Position numbers and translations under genes: made by a program
Shown here: one piece after another, positions 10,001 through 23,631 of the stretch
How the letters are laid out: the number at the start of each line of letters is the position of its first letter
Position numbering within the stretch: the first letter of the stretch is position 1
The notes under the pieces: generated by a model
Told to the model about the DNA's origin: nothing
The model's input: the letters and a program-made list of their open reading frames with translations, nothing else
Databases searched by the model: none
Assembly: GCA_044892525.1 (NCBI GenBank)
Contig: CM097885.1
Coordinates: 2,110,001 to 2,174,000 of the forward strand
Length of the DNA stretch: 64,000 bases
Source of the DNA: Schmidtea polychroa
Taxonomy: Eukaryota
Direction: 5' to 3'

Positions 10001-11240
10001 CGATATACCTGTTTGTTTGCATGACTTTCTGAATGATTTTCCTCTTGCTCCGGAAAAGATGTGCCCGCCAAATTCTAAAGTTGAAAAGCTGATGCTCACG
10101 CATTGGCCGAAGAAGAACCATGTTCTTCATTGGCGACTTCTCAAGTTGTATATAGAATTGGGGGCTATTATTAAAAATGTACATAGAGCAATCAAATTTA
10201 AGCATGCACCCATTTTTAAATCTTACATAGACAAAAACACTAATTTGAGAGCCAATTCGACATGCGAATTATATAGGGATCTATACAAATTATTTAATAA
10301 TAGTCTGTATGGGAAATCCGTAGAAAACCTTAAAAAACGGATGAATTTGAGGTTATGCAATTCATCTGAAAAGATGATTGTATATGCTTCAAAGCCGACT
10401 TTCAAGAAATCTATCAAAATTGATGATGACTTGATTGCTGCACATCTATATAAGGATTCTATATGTTTAGACAGGCCTAGTTACATTGGCCAAACGGTGC
10501 TAGACCTGTCTAAACTGAGGATGTACCAGTTACAGTATAAAGAATTGGCTAAATATAGAAATGAATTTAAATGTGAGATAAATATCGTTGCCGGCGATAC
10601 TGACTCCTTTTTTCTTGAGGTTAGGCACTGTAAGCTTGACATTCTTTTGCCGGCAATGATTCGTGACAATCTTTTAGACACTTCCAACTATGACCCTGCA
10701 CATCCCTTATACTCTAGAAACCTTGATTCTGTGATAGGTAAATTTAAAGATGAAAGTAAAGGTCTAGGGTATAAGGAATGGGTTTTCTTAAGACCCAAGT
10801 GCTATAGCTTGTTAGGGGCTAAAGATCATTTAAAAGCAAAAGGAGTCAGGTTAATAGGTACAGAAATTAGGCACGATTCATATTTAGAATGCTACAATAA
10901 CAACGTAGTATTTTCTGTGCCACAAAGTAGGATAGGGACGCGGAACCATCAATTGTACACATTTAAAAACAATAAAATCGCGTTGACAAACAACGACGAC
11001 AAGCGGTTTTGGGTGGGGAAAAATTCCAGTCTCGCATTTGGTCATTATTTAGCACTAGATGATATAAATGATGATCAAATATTTGAAGAAGTTGGGCCAC
11101 TATTCGGAGGATTAAGTCCAGATTTTGTTTCTGGTGATGAGGAAGTGGGTCCACTTTTCAATGGTTTAAGTCCAGATTTCGATTCTGGTGATGATCCTAA
11201 TGATAAAAGAGATATAGATGATATTTTATTGTCAGACTAA
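7081..11240 (+). CDS. Protein-primed family B DNA polymerase (main exon) with zinc fingers and an endonuclease VII-like insert
   Basis: Exonuclease IYADFES, FHNLRGYD, YLKLDV; polymerase YIDINNLYG, KLFNNSLYGK, GDTDS; KAKGV. Frame is open back to the splice acceptor taacag at 7080. Confidence 0.96.
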
Positions 11241-11624
11241 ACTGTGATAAATGTTAATATATCTTTAATAAAACGTTTCTTCTACATTGTTGTATTATCT
11301 AAATTTTTTATTGAAAACTTGTTATAGTTTTCACATTTCTTACAAATGTTAAACACTTGTATAAATATATTTATTAATATTGATAAAGTTTTTATAAATC
11401 ATGTTTAACTATTGAAAGAAATTTTTATTTGAAATGTATGTATGAGCTCACCACTACATATATGAGTTGAGTGTACATTTAAAGTATAATATTTAGAATT
11501 TAGAAAGTTTTACCTTGAATATTTTTACCAGTACCTTTGTGAACAATAACCATGTGACTTGTTGAGTGTGAGTAGTACCCTTGCTAGCAATACCCATAGG
11601 GAGACAGAATATCTTGTCGGATAG

Positions 11625-11634
<10 letters not shown>

Positions 11635-11714
<80 letters not shown>
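11635..11714. repeat. (AAT)n microsatellite
   Basis: Near-perfect AAT run. Confidence 0.95.
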
Positions 11715-11717
<3 letters not shown>

Positions 11718-11754
11718 CTTAGAAACTAAAAACTTAGAAAATAATAATTATTTT

Positions 11755-12948
11755 AATAAATGACCTTGAAAATTAAATGACCTTGAAAAGTAAATGACCT
11801 TGAAAAAATAAATGACCTTGAAAAAATAAATGACCTTGAAAATAATAAATGACCTTGAAAATTAAATGACCTTGAAAAAATAAATGACCTTGAAAAAATA
11901 AATGACCTTGGAAATAATAAATGACCTTGATGAGTCATCGTTCTAAAAATATTAGACATCGTTGGGTGAGTCATTGGGTGAGTCATTCTCTTTGTTAATA
12001 TTAATGATGATGATACCTTCTATGGCTCATTCGAAAGGTCTTGGACTGAGCTTTAAGATGAGGTATCGTCCAATAAATTCGGATAATGGGAACATTAATT
12101 TTTGGGATGAAAAAGAGTAGGGGCCCGCCAGGCCAATTAATAATTATATGACCTTGAAAATGATTTTTGGTAAAATGTTAATAACTTTGTCAATAATAAT
12201 GATGATGATACCTTCATTAGCTCATTCGAAAGGTCTTGCATTGGGCTTTAAAATAAGTGTTTGATTAATAAAATCTGTTGGCGGGAACATTAATTTTTGG
12301 GATGAAAAAAAGTAGGGGCCCTCCCGGCCACATAATTATAAAAAAAAAAAAAAAAATGACCTTGAAAATAATAAATGACCTTGACCTTTTATTAAAAATT
12401 TGACCTTGACCTTGAAAAAAAATTAAATGACCTTGAAAATAATAAATGACCTTGAAAAATGGTCTCGGTAAAACTTTAATAACTTTGCCGATGTTAATGA
12501 TGATGATACCTTCTATGGCTCAATTGAAAGGTCTTAGACTACGCTTCAAAATAAGCTATCGATTAATAAATTCGGATAATGGGAACATTAATTTTTGGGA
12601 TGAGAAAAAGTATGTCCCCGCCCGGCCAATTAATAATATTTTGAATAATAATAATAATTTAACGTTGAAAAGATGGTGGTCATCAAATGTTAATAACATT
12701 AAAACTATTAAAGATATATATGATACCTATAGCTCATTCGAAAGGTCTTGGACTGGGCTTTAAGATGAGGTATCATCCAATAAAATCCGTTGGTCGGAAC
12801 ATTAATTTTTGGGATGAAAAAAAGTGTGAGCCCGCCAGGCCAATTAATTAAAACAAAAAATTTAAAAAAAAATTTTTCCCGGGGGGGGGGGGAGGGGGTA
12901 TATGTGGCGCGGGGAGCTCCTGGTCTGGGGAGCTCCAATCATACTACT
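11755..12948. repeat. Repeat-rich right terminal region (probable TIR)
   Basis: About 17 TGACCTT(G) motifs; four related ~140-bp units (near 12004, 12196, 12493, 12718); G tract 12880-12898; terminal ACTACT. The left TIR is not visible. Confidence 0.75.
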
Positions 12949-13682
12949 TTCCTTGATAATTTGCTGTAATTTTATTGACTTGTTTATTTAATTTTAAATA
13001 AAAATTAATTTTTAATTACAGGTTAATAATTAGAGTTTATACAATAATCAAGTGATAGGATTAATTTTTGATGATGATGACTTTGTAATGATATTGAATT
13101 TAACTAAAAATTTATTTCTTATAATTATATTTTCTAATAATATTTCCATTTACACATTGATGAATTTAAATATTCAAAATTTATTGTTCCGTTGGGATTA
13201 CACCAAAAAGTTACACCGGAAGATCAAATCGATACAGAACTGTGAGAGGAGAACCAGTGAGTGATGCAAGATCTAAATATTACCATCCAAGAGCAAGCCC
13301 AATGGCAATTCGTCATGAGAGCAGGCATTCATGTGAATATTGACGTTCCACTTATTTAGAGATGGAACTATTTCCTGCTTTTTCCCTTGACATCACGAGG
13401 CTAACCAATCAACATTGACTTCTTCGACTGAAAACAAGAAGACATCAAAGCATCCTCCGGAAAGTGAAAATGGATCCAGAAGCTGAAATTTGCGCGAACA
13501 AGCCTATCCGATTGGAAACAGTGAGAATTTGATGCTTTATGTAAATTTCCTTTTACATATTTATTCATTTGATTCGCTTGCCTAATGTGAAATAAAGTTG
13601 TTTTTGAACCCAAATGAAATTTAAAGCAATCATTTTGAATGAAAATAAACTTTGAAGCTAAATTCGTCATAAATGGAAATCA

Positions 13683-13777
13683 GCCACTGATAGGAAGCCA
13701 CTGATAGGAAGCCACTGATAGGAAGCCACTGATAGGAAGCCACTGATAGGAAGCCACTGATAGGAAGCCACTGATAG
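13683..13777. repeat. 14-bp minisatellite
   Basis: About 7 copies of gccactgataggaa. Confidence 0.95.
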
Positions 13778-16700
13778 TTTACTTTTGCGTTTTCAATTTC
13801 AAATATTAATTTATTTAAGTAAAAATCCAAATTCAGAAATATGAGGTATAAAGAAACGACAAACAGATATGTCAAATGAACATAATGATGAAGGGGTCAT
13901 ATGAAATTGGGTGCTACATCTTCTATGATACGTCCGTGAACCCAGAGTGACGTCAGGACATTGCTAGTCCTTCTGAGAGGCTCACCTTTAGCTCAGGGGG
14001 TACGTTCCTTCTTGACATACCATATTTGCTGAGTTAATTCTTCTAGCTACATATATGCTTTGTGTCTTTTTTATCCCGTTTTGTCTTTTGACTATTACTT
14101 CGTCTTTCATTCTTACTTCTCTCAATCTAAATAACTCGATGCAGTCTTCTCCCAAAACTTTGATAAATTCTCGTTCGATGTGTGGGTATGAGCTCCACAG
14201 TAGCATGGTAAAGTTCGTTTTGTTATCATGCATTCCCTAGTTTGTGCTTTATCCTCTGTCAATTCGACTAAGCTCCGTAATTTGCCTCTTGTTGGTTTGT
14301 ATAACTTTTGGTCTCTTCTTTGTTAATTGTATTGTATATTTTCCACGATACTACACAAGATATTATTAGAATGGATTAAAGATTGTAACCTAATGAGCAG
14401 AAATCAGAAAGCGTGTGGTGACATCGGATGGATGTAGAGTTGGATATTTCGGCAGCGTTTTAAAGTATTCCACAAGATATGATGTGGTATACATTCGCAA
14501 AAAGTATATCGATAATTAGCTAATTAATTTTTAATTAATTCTAGTTTTTTATAATTATTTCCTTCTGCGGACCCTCATTTATTATTTTATTATATTTGAA
14601 CTCTTATCATATTATTTTTCTGGAAAATATTTATTTTTGATTTTTAATTAATGTTTTTGTACTTTTAATTATTATTGTGAATTTGATGTTTTTATTGATT
14701 TTCACTTTGTTTTTGTGCCTTTTTCATTAAATCCCAACAAAATGTTTTATTAATTTTTGACTTATAATTATTAACATTTTATTGATTTGCACACGAGTTT
14801 AACAGACAAATTATCAACTTATAGCAGATTCAACACAGAAATGATGTAATATAAGCATTTTATTTTATTTTCATTATATTTTGAATTACTCAGCCACTTT
14901 ATGATCTTGCTGATTTTCTCTGTTAGAGAATTTTAATTTATTGAAATAAGTAATGTAACCAAGGGCTACCATTAAGGTCAATGACTGCCAAGGTTGGTGT
15001 GACAAATCGCTGGTCACAGATTCTGTACTAGATCTTATTGTTAATTTTATCAACACATTTTTGTAATATTTTGCTATAAATTTTATTCACATAGCCAAAA
15101 TAAAATTTAACAAAATAATTAATCATAAATTACTGAGAGTATAGGCTACAGAGTACAGACAGAGGTCATAGTATTACATTTACAGTAAAATAAAGTAAAA
15201 AAGTGTCTTGTTTTTTTCTTATGTAGGTGGATGATTTTTTAGGTACATGAAGTGCATTTGTACATGTTTAAATATAATATCGGGCTTAACCCGTAACTCT
15301 CTTCCTTGGCTACACCACTGATCACAAAACCTGAAAGTTTGACTTCAACAACCTTCAATTTCTGATGTACCTAATGAATTTCCGGTTCCAAAATAATTTC
15401 TTGTACCATTTCGAGTTAAGATCCACCTGGTTGTCTTATTATCTTATATTTTTTATATTTTCAGGATTTCAAGGTAAATTTCTTTTTTTATTAATAAGTA
15501 AGATTCATTCATAAAATATTTCAAATTTGTGAATTTAAATATTAATTTACATGAAATATTTTTTATTTTAATAATATTATATTTGAAAATAGATTGGTAA
15601 TCTCTGAATCATTATGTTGCCTGGGTAGGCATATGCCTTAGCCATCTGATAATATTCAGGCATCAATTCGCGGAATTCTCCTGAATCACCGCAGGATATC
15701 TGGCAAAATATTTGCATTAACTTCTTCTGCCATTTGTTGCTTTTGTTTAACTTGTTATCTATTTATTACTATTTATATTATTAATCTATTTATAGTAATT
15801 ATTTGATTCTATTCAGATCCTTTATTATTGACCTATCTATGCACGCCCCAAGCGAGCCCAGGCCTAACCCTAACACTGGATTTAGAAAGTACTCTTTGAG
15901 TGAATACATTAATATCCGGTCTCAAGTGACGTACAGATGATCTCATATTTATATGTCATGCTTTTATTTAGATCATTCCGCACTTCAGAGAGTTGGTGCA
16001 GGCAGAGACATTGTTGTGCATGATTCTGGGAAGGAATTCAATTTATTGCACGGAATTATACCATTGGATTGATGGTTAAGGGGTGCAATGAAGGTCCGTT
16101 TTGATGCTAAGGTATCCATCAATAGGTGGTTGTGATCGAGCTTACATGTTCTCTTTATTCATATTGTCTTCTTTTTGCTCCCGAGTGTCCATGCTCAATG
16201 TTTTTAGATTTCAAACCGAAGATATTTTTGTAACTAAACGGCAAATACGACTTTGCCCAATAATCGGATGCTTTGTAGAACGGATCTATTATTGTTAGAA
16301 CTTTCAATTTGTCCGCTTTCATTCGCTTTCGGTTGTTGTAAATCCATTTTTTATTGTTTTTTACTTTGATATTTATTTTTTAAAAATGTCGAAAGTAAGT
16401 TTTATTTTTGTCTTTATAAAATATATTTTACAAAAGATTCTCGTCACTTCTCGTTTCACTCTATTTTTGATACTCCTTTTAACTCTTTTTGTCTCTAATT
16501 TTACTCTACCTTTTGTCTCTAGTTTCGTTCTATTTTTGCTTTACTTTTCGTTCTCCTTATTGTTCTAATTTCTCGGTCAACTGTTCTGCTTTATATAGTC
16601 TGTTTCATTTGTGGCACTGGCGACAGATTCTGTTTTCCATTTTACTTTTCCTCTAGGTCAGCCTTATCTCTGACAGATATCAAGATATTTTTCCATTTTC

Positions 16701-19181
16701 TTTTTTTGTTAAGCCGCCTTCTCCCAACAATTTTGCTACCTTTGACAAGCTGTCAAAATACGGCTTTTTCTCTTATTTTGTTTTTCTGGAATTTGAAATT
16801 CCACCTTCATTTGTACTTCTTAATTAACAATGACCTTTGTTTTAATTATTTGTTTGTTTCCTTTTATTTGATTTATCTTTCTAATTTTTAATTTCTTTTT
16901 ATTTCCGTTTTCTTTTCTGAGTTCCCATAGATCGTCCCGTTTGTCATGGCGATCTCCCCCCCCAGGTAATTTATTTATTTATTATGTTTTTTTATCATTT
17001 AAGTATCTTCAACAAAATTAACACACCACTTGAAAAACGAAATGATACAAGAAACGGAATCCGAAAAAGAAAAGATATTTGAAAACAAGAAACAGAAGAA
17101 AGTATCAAAATGCAAAATATGCGAATCAACATGATGAGAACGACGAGAAATATTTCATTAACAGGTGATGAGGAAGACCATGTGAGTAGTCTACAACTTA
17201 ATGAAGGTATTGGACAACTAAAGGAAAAATCGAGGAAAAACAAGAAAGCGGAAATGAAAGTAAAGTTCCGAGCGAAAGCGATAGTGAGAATATTGAAATA
17301 AAGATGAGAAACGACAAAGAGGAAACAACGAAATATGTAACAGAAATACTCTATGTGGTATTGAGGAACTACGAATTTATAGAACTAACCTCCTATAAAC
17401 GTTTCACTCAAAGAATACAGAAACTAGAAAAGACCTAGGGAGGAATAATACCTAGTGAAGAGATGCAAGCGACGCAAATCATCAGGGCCCGCGATATAAT
17501 CATATTTGGCATTTTTATATAATTTAATAATTTTAAAAAATTTAAGTTTAAGATAATTTAAGATTATAAGTATCATGGGATTTCATAAGTAATAAATAGG
17601 ATTACTAAATAAAATGTTTTTTAAAAACTATATCAGTCAGTAATTGCAAAGACGGATTACTGACGGATTACATCGAATTGCCTGACTCTCAAGGGACCTG
17701 ATCTTGTTTGTCTTTGATGAATCTCATTCCAATGTCGTGATCGTTGGTGATAATTGCTGTTGGTGGTCTCATCGGTCTACCGTTTTTCATCATGATGATG
17801 TTTTTCCTATCTATATCTTCTGGATCTTCCACATATATTTCACCTTTTACTTCATTGAATATCGCGCTGTTTTAAAGTTGCAATCTACATTTTTGCATTT
17901 CTGCTTCATATATAATAATGGGCTGTTTTGTTCGAGATACTTTATTGGTGGCTTTGAAATGCGATTTGGTTTTCATTTGATAATTTGCTGCGTCGAATTT
18001 TGCTTCGTATTCTTTTATCTCTATTGAATAGTTTTCGATAACTAATACTCCGGAGACTTCTCGCAGGGGATAGGTTCCTCCTTGACATGCTCCATTTGCT
18101 GAGTTAATTTTTCTAACTACATATATGCTCTGGGTCTTTTTTATCCCGTTTTGTCTTTTGACTATTACTTCGTCTTTCATTCTTACTTCTCTCAATCTAA
18201 ATAACTCGATGCAGTCATCTTCCTAAACTTTGATTAATTCTCATTCAATGTGTGGGTATGAGCTCCACAATAGTATGGTAAAGTTCGTTTTGTTATCATA
18301 CATTCCCTAGTTTGTGCTTTATCCACCATCAATTCGACTAGGCTCCGTAATTTGCCTCTTGTTGGTTTGTATAACTTTCGGTCTCTTCTTTGGCAATTCT
18401 TGCCATTGATTTTTTTAAAATTTAAAATTTTAATTTTTAATTATGATAATAATAACAACGAACATGTGACAACGTACAGCACAGCCACCAACTAAATTTC
18501 AGCACCAGCGTCTCTTGCGATGGGCATTTAGCGGAGTTACGAAGGGAAATGCGGTAAGGTGTGAGCAATGACAGGAAAAGCCTGACAATAGCAAAGAAAA
18601 ACATAGGTTTTTCTCTCAACTCGTAACCTACCTTTAGAAGTAGAGCTTACCTGCTTATTGAATTTCAACGACTGAGGTTGGCATTGGTATATTGATGGTA
18701 AAAAATTAAAATTTTCATGAATGCCTTTAAGTAAATCTATCAGCGAAACTAGGACATTTAAACAACAGACCGAACGAATTTCAGGTTCCAAAATATTTTC
18801 TTAAAGCTTTTATATTTAAGATCCAGCTGGTTGTCTTATTTTCTAATTTTTTTAAATCTTAAGGATTTCAAGATAAATTTAGTAAATAAAACTCATTTAT
18901 AAAATTTATAAAATTTGTGAATTTAAATATTAATTATTAATTTACATGAAATGATTTTTGTTTTAATAATATTATATTTGAACATTTAGCTAATGAAAAA
19001 CTGAATAAATTTATGAAATGTTACATTATTTAATATTAAATCATTTCATTAGCTGTTAAAAAAGATCTTATTACAAATGCAAATATTATTATTATTACAT
19101 TATCAATAATATTATTAGCAAATCGGACACGAGACCTTTAAGAGATCCAAATTTCATGGAATGTGCAAAGGATAATTTTTG

Positions 19182-20593
19182 TCATAATTTTTCAATTCTG
19201 CACCTAAGCAGCAATTTATCTCTTTTGGCTGCTAATTCATAGGTTGGGTCTTCATAAATCCAAATTGGATCATTTCTGTCATTTGACGGTTTCCTCCATC
19301 CGGCATCATCAGGGCAATCTGAATATTTCATTGACTGGCTCCTATAAATGCTGCCTTTTGCTGGATCGATCACATCGATTGTCACCGATTGATTAAACGG
19401 CCAATCCAATTGCTCATCATTTGCCCCACGCATCACACAGAAACCAACATCAATACCCCAACAACCCCCAATCACCACTGTCAAGCACATTTTGTAACCG
19501 ATTGGCCCGGAATAAAATGTCTCGCTGTAAATCCATTCATCTCTCTTTTGTTGTGATAATTTATCGATTTCCCATTCAAAAAATCCATTATTTATATATT
19601 TTTCACTTCCTAATTTTCTTTGCCGAATTTCTTTGGCGCATTTCGCCATTTCAAGCTGCAGCTGAATCTCAAATTCAAACATTTCAATACATCAATAAAT
19701 CACCTTTTCATTCTCCCGTTGTAGCCGCTGCTCGCATTTCTCTTTCATCTCATCAATTTGCTGTTGACATTTTGATTCAATCACCTCAATTTGCTGTCTG
19801 ATCTGCTTTGCATCATTAACAAATCAATAACAAATCAAATCAATAATCAAACTTGATTGATTGATCCAATATTTGTCTCCATCTCCATTCTCAATGAGCG
19901 ATTCTCATTCTTCAATGCCACCATTTCCTCATTCAATTCTTCTATTTCTGCTCTGTTCTCCGCCTCTTTCCTTTCAATATTGCACAATTTCACCTACAGT
20001 CACAAATATCAATAAATTAATTACAAATAAAAATTAACATTAATATTGATAATTTCGTCCCGCAATTTCACATTCTCATATTTCATTGCCTGCATCTCAT
20101 TGCACAAATTGCTGATCTGATCAATTAGTAATTTGCTATGGACTACATAGTTCTCATTGAGATGGACTCTCATTTCATCGTTCACCACCTCATTGGTTTC
20201 GCATCCAATTCTATTGAACGGGCATCTGATTGGCTGATTGTTGCATTCCCTCATGTGGCTCTCCATCAGCTCTAATTCATCTTTGAATTGACAATTTTGC
20301 ATCGGGCATTTCACTATCACTTCTGAAATCCTTAAATTGGCTACATGATCTTCAGAAACATCTTTATTGAAATTTATCATTTTCTTTCCGCAATGTTTTG
20401 CTGCTCCTGGACAGAATTTATCTTTTCCATCCAAATAATGCTCAATGCAATCAGAACAAAAGCGACAACCGCAAGGAGCATTGCAAGCCTTTATCATTAA
20501 ACATTTGCAAATTCTGCATATCAATTCACTGCTGATTTCATTATCAAATTCAAATTTATTTCTCTTCATCATTTCCCATACGCTTGCAAACAT
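19182..20593 (-). CDS. TRAF-family protein (RING, TRAF zinc finger, coiled coil, MATH); exons 20593-20039, 19993-19853, 19802-19704, 19661-19182
   Basis: CRICK...PCGCRFCSDC RING; CPMQNC and CPFNRIGC fingers; MATH motifs FYSGPIGYKMCL and DEQLDWPF. Three 42-50 nt GT-AG phase-0 introns keep the frame. Confidence 0.9.
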
Positions 20594-23500
20594 TTTATCT
20601 AAAATTAACAAAATTATCAAAATATTTCAACATTTACAACATAAATCATAAATCATACTTATTATATTGATTATTTCCGCTGACCTTTACAATTTCAATA
20701 TTTATAATTTGCATTTGATGTAGATAAACAAACATTTTATAAATATTGTATTTTAGCTTTGAGTTCAATTCGGAATATTATTAATGTTAATTTTCAGCGT
20801 TTTTCTCATTTGTTTAAAATATTACAAAATTATTTAAATTATAATTTGATAACAAAAAGTAAAATTTTATTGGAAAGTTAAATAAAATATTAAAAATAAA
20901 AAAGATATTTCAATGATCCAAAAATTAAAATATAAATTAGAATTTAATCTAAATCTTGAATTAAAAATTTTATGAAATAATTAAAATAAGTCAATTGGAA
21001 AATGAAAATTTATAGTAAAATAAATAAATCAGTGTAAACATTGGTTGCTAAGGGGAAATTAGGTCCACCAAATCAGGCACGATGACTCATCTATTTATTA
21101 TTTTTGATTTCATATTGATTTGTTATAGATATTCCTATCGGCTCGGTTTCCTAGGCACTCGGGTGCAATCAATCAGATCGAGGATTTCCAGGAGAAATTA
21201 GGGAGAAAACGAGCGCAATTGCAGCAATCGAAATTGGAATTGGAAGAATTTAAACAAACGACCCGATCGGTGGAGCTCGAGATGGCGTGAGGTGAAATTC
21301 TATTTGCAGCAAATATTTGCCGATGTTTATCATATTGTAATTGGTTTATTTGTATTTTTATTTATTGATTATTTTGGCGCGATTTCATTGGCCCGCACTT
21401 TGATTTTATTCGCCCGCATCCTGATGTCGATAATATTTGCATTTAATCAATTATTTTTATTGATTATTTTTATCAATTATTTTTATTGATTATTTTATCA
21501 ATTATTTTTATTGATTATTTTATCAATTATTTTTTTTGATTATTTTTATTGATTATTTTATTAATTATTGAATGATTATGAAAACCAATCGTAATTGTCA
21601 CAGGGAAATTATATTTGAATGGTCAGTGAAAGAATGCGAATGTGTAATTGTAAAAGCCTACTTGGAAGTGTAAATAATTGGTTAAAGCTGTAAGTTATAA
21701 CAATAAACAAGAAAGAGATAAAATATTGAGACAAAATCAGAACCGGCAGAATTGACAAGATATCCAATAAAACCAAAACGTTAACAAGGATGTGAGATAA
21801 ATGGCAAATAAACTGGAGTAGCAGGAAGGACAATTTATCATATTACCCGATGCAATAATGCAATAACTAGTTGCAGTGGCGTAGCTAGGGTAAATGGCGC
21901 CTATGGCAAACACTGACCTTGCGCCCCTCTCCTACGATAGGTTAAATCTATTTATTACACTTTATTACAAATTTATCTTTCTTGCCTTAGCTGACGCAAA
22001 TTGTTTAATAATATTATCAAGGTCAATTTATTCAGTCTTTTCTCCTTCTGAATATATATCCAAATCATTACCTTATTTATACGTTCTACTCTCTACTACA
22101 CCCCAATAAAGAATCTCCGTAAACAAACATGAAACAATCCAACAAACGTTTAACGCTTGAGCCACGGCACAGCGTTCGAAGATTCCCAAATCAACAGTTT
22201 CAGAAACCTCATGGGTCGAGAATTTCTCCCCTTATTCCCGAGTGGCCTGCTATTTAATTAAAATTAAAATTTGATTTTTTTCCAGTCCATATAGGCCTCA
22301 AGAAGTTTACCGATAAACGGCGCTTTACAACTACTTCCTGTTGGTCTCAATTGTGTATCAATTTAATACCTTGCAGTTTTTGAGGTGGCAGTGGGCCGAA
22401 GAAGATATATATTATTCACTATTCCATTTTATTTATATTATTTCACCAATTTAAACAAACCCCAAACAATGGTGTAATAAAATATAACATAATAATTATA
22501 CAAAGTAAATCTCTTACTTTAACTTTACTTCACAAGTTTTTATCAGCACTGTTTAAAAGTTTTGGCATAGGATTTTTGTGACTGAAATTTCTCGGTGTAT
22601 ATGGCCTGATTTTGGTGTGCGAGTATGTGTGTGTGCATTGATTTAGTAAAACAAATTTGAATTATTTTTAATTCTGACTAATTTTAATTTTTATCAAATT
22701 TTGATGGCGATTTATAATAATTTATTATTTGTTTTATTTTCTAATTATTTTATTTATGATGGATTTAGGCGCTTTCTAGAATATTCTATGCTATTTTACT
22801 GATTTTAATAAATAATTCCTATTTATTTTAATTTTTATGTTATTTCATTTTAGTTTTTGCTAATTTAATTCTTAAATTTTTATCTTTTCGTTAATTTCTA
22901 CTAGCTACTTAGTGGTCATGATAGATTTCACCATTTTCATAGAATGTTCTAGCTATTCTTATCATTTCTATTGTAATTTTATTCTTAATTCATTTGATGG
23001 TATTTTGTGAAAATTTTAAAATTTTCATTCCTACTTTCTTTTATCACCATTAATTCAAATTTGTTGACTTCTTTTGTGTCTATGTTATGTTTGAGTTCGA
23101 TTCGCGCGGTACTTCTTGTTTTTGTTTTATTTATTTTAGTTTTGTGTTCTTCATTTTTTTATTCAGCTTTGTCCGTCCAAATTATGCATGCACTCTTAGG
23201 ACCTTGAATGACAGATTGGGAATAAATTTTCTGCAGAACTTGATTGTGAGACACAAATCAATTGTTTATTTAAATTGGAAAAAGACAACTAAGACAAATA
23301 TGAAAATTGAAAAACTGTGAAAGAAAGAAAGCAGACAAGTACTAGAAATAAATAAAATAATATAATAAAATATGAGAGAAAGGAAATAATACGAAGACAA
23401 ATTAAATTAACAAACAAAAGATGAAAACTAAATCAAAATTAAAGCCTGCCTCAAACATAAAAAAAACAAAAAGAAAACAAATACTAATTAAAACAAAAAA

Positions 23501-23631
23501 TCAATAATAAAAATTGAGATGCAAAATTCCAAATATAATTGAGTCAACAAGCCACAAAAAATGAAATTGGACTTTAATTTTTAACCAATTTTCAAACGTC
23601 AAAAATGTAGGTGCTGAATCAAAGCATCTAC

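Larger units (their letters stand above)
1..12948 (+). mobile_element. Maverick/Polinton (adintovirus-like) element, right portion; left end lies outside the window
   Basis: Co-oriented ATPase, DDE integrase, minor and major capsid, cysteine protease and pPolB genes. Ends in ACTACT (12943-12948), matching the typical AGTAGT...ACTACT Polinton termini. Confidence 0.96.

Noticed and set aside
7287..10687. Antisense and off-frame ORFs inside pPolB
   Set aside because: Shadows of the real coding strand with no motifs.
11755..11930. CRISPR-like look of the repeats here and at 6510, 23632 and 40254
   Set aside because: No unique spacers, no cas genes, eukaryotic context; these are tandem repeats.
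12446..12763. 105 aa ORF in the terminal region
   Set aside because: Lies in a subterminal repeat unit; no recognisable protein features.
15950..16300. Possible LTR/LINE coding remnants here and near 26000-26300, 34900-35750 and 46700-47300
   Set aside because: Only faint motif echoes with many stops; not supportable without a search.
15300..21890. hAT-like ends (ggctacaccactg ~15320; cagtggcgtagc ~21874) as one element carrying TRAF
   Set aside because: They face outward rather than inward, so they cannot bracket the gene.
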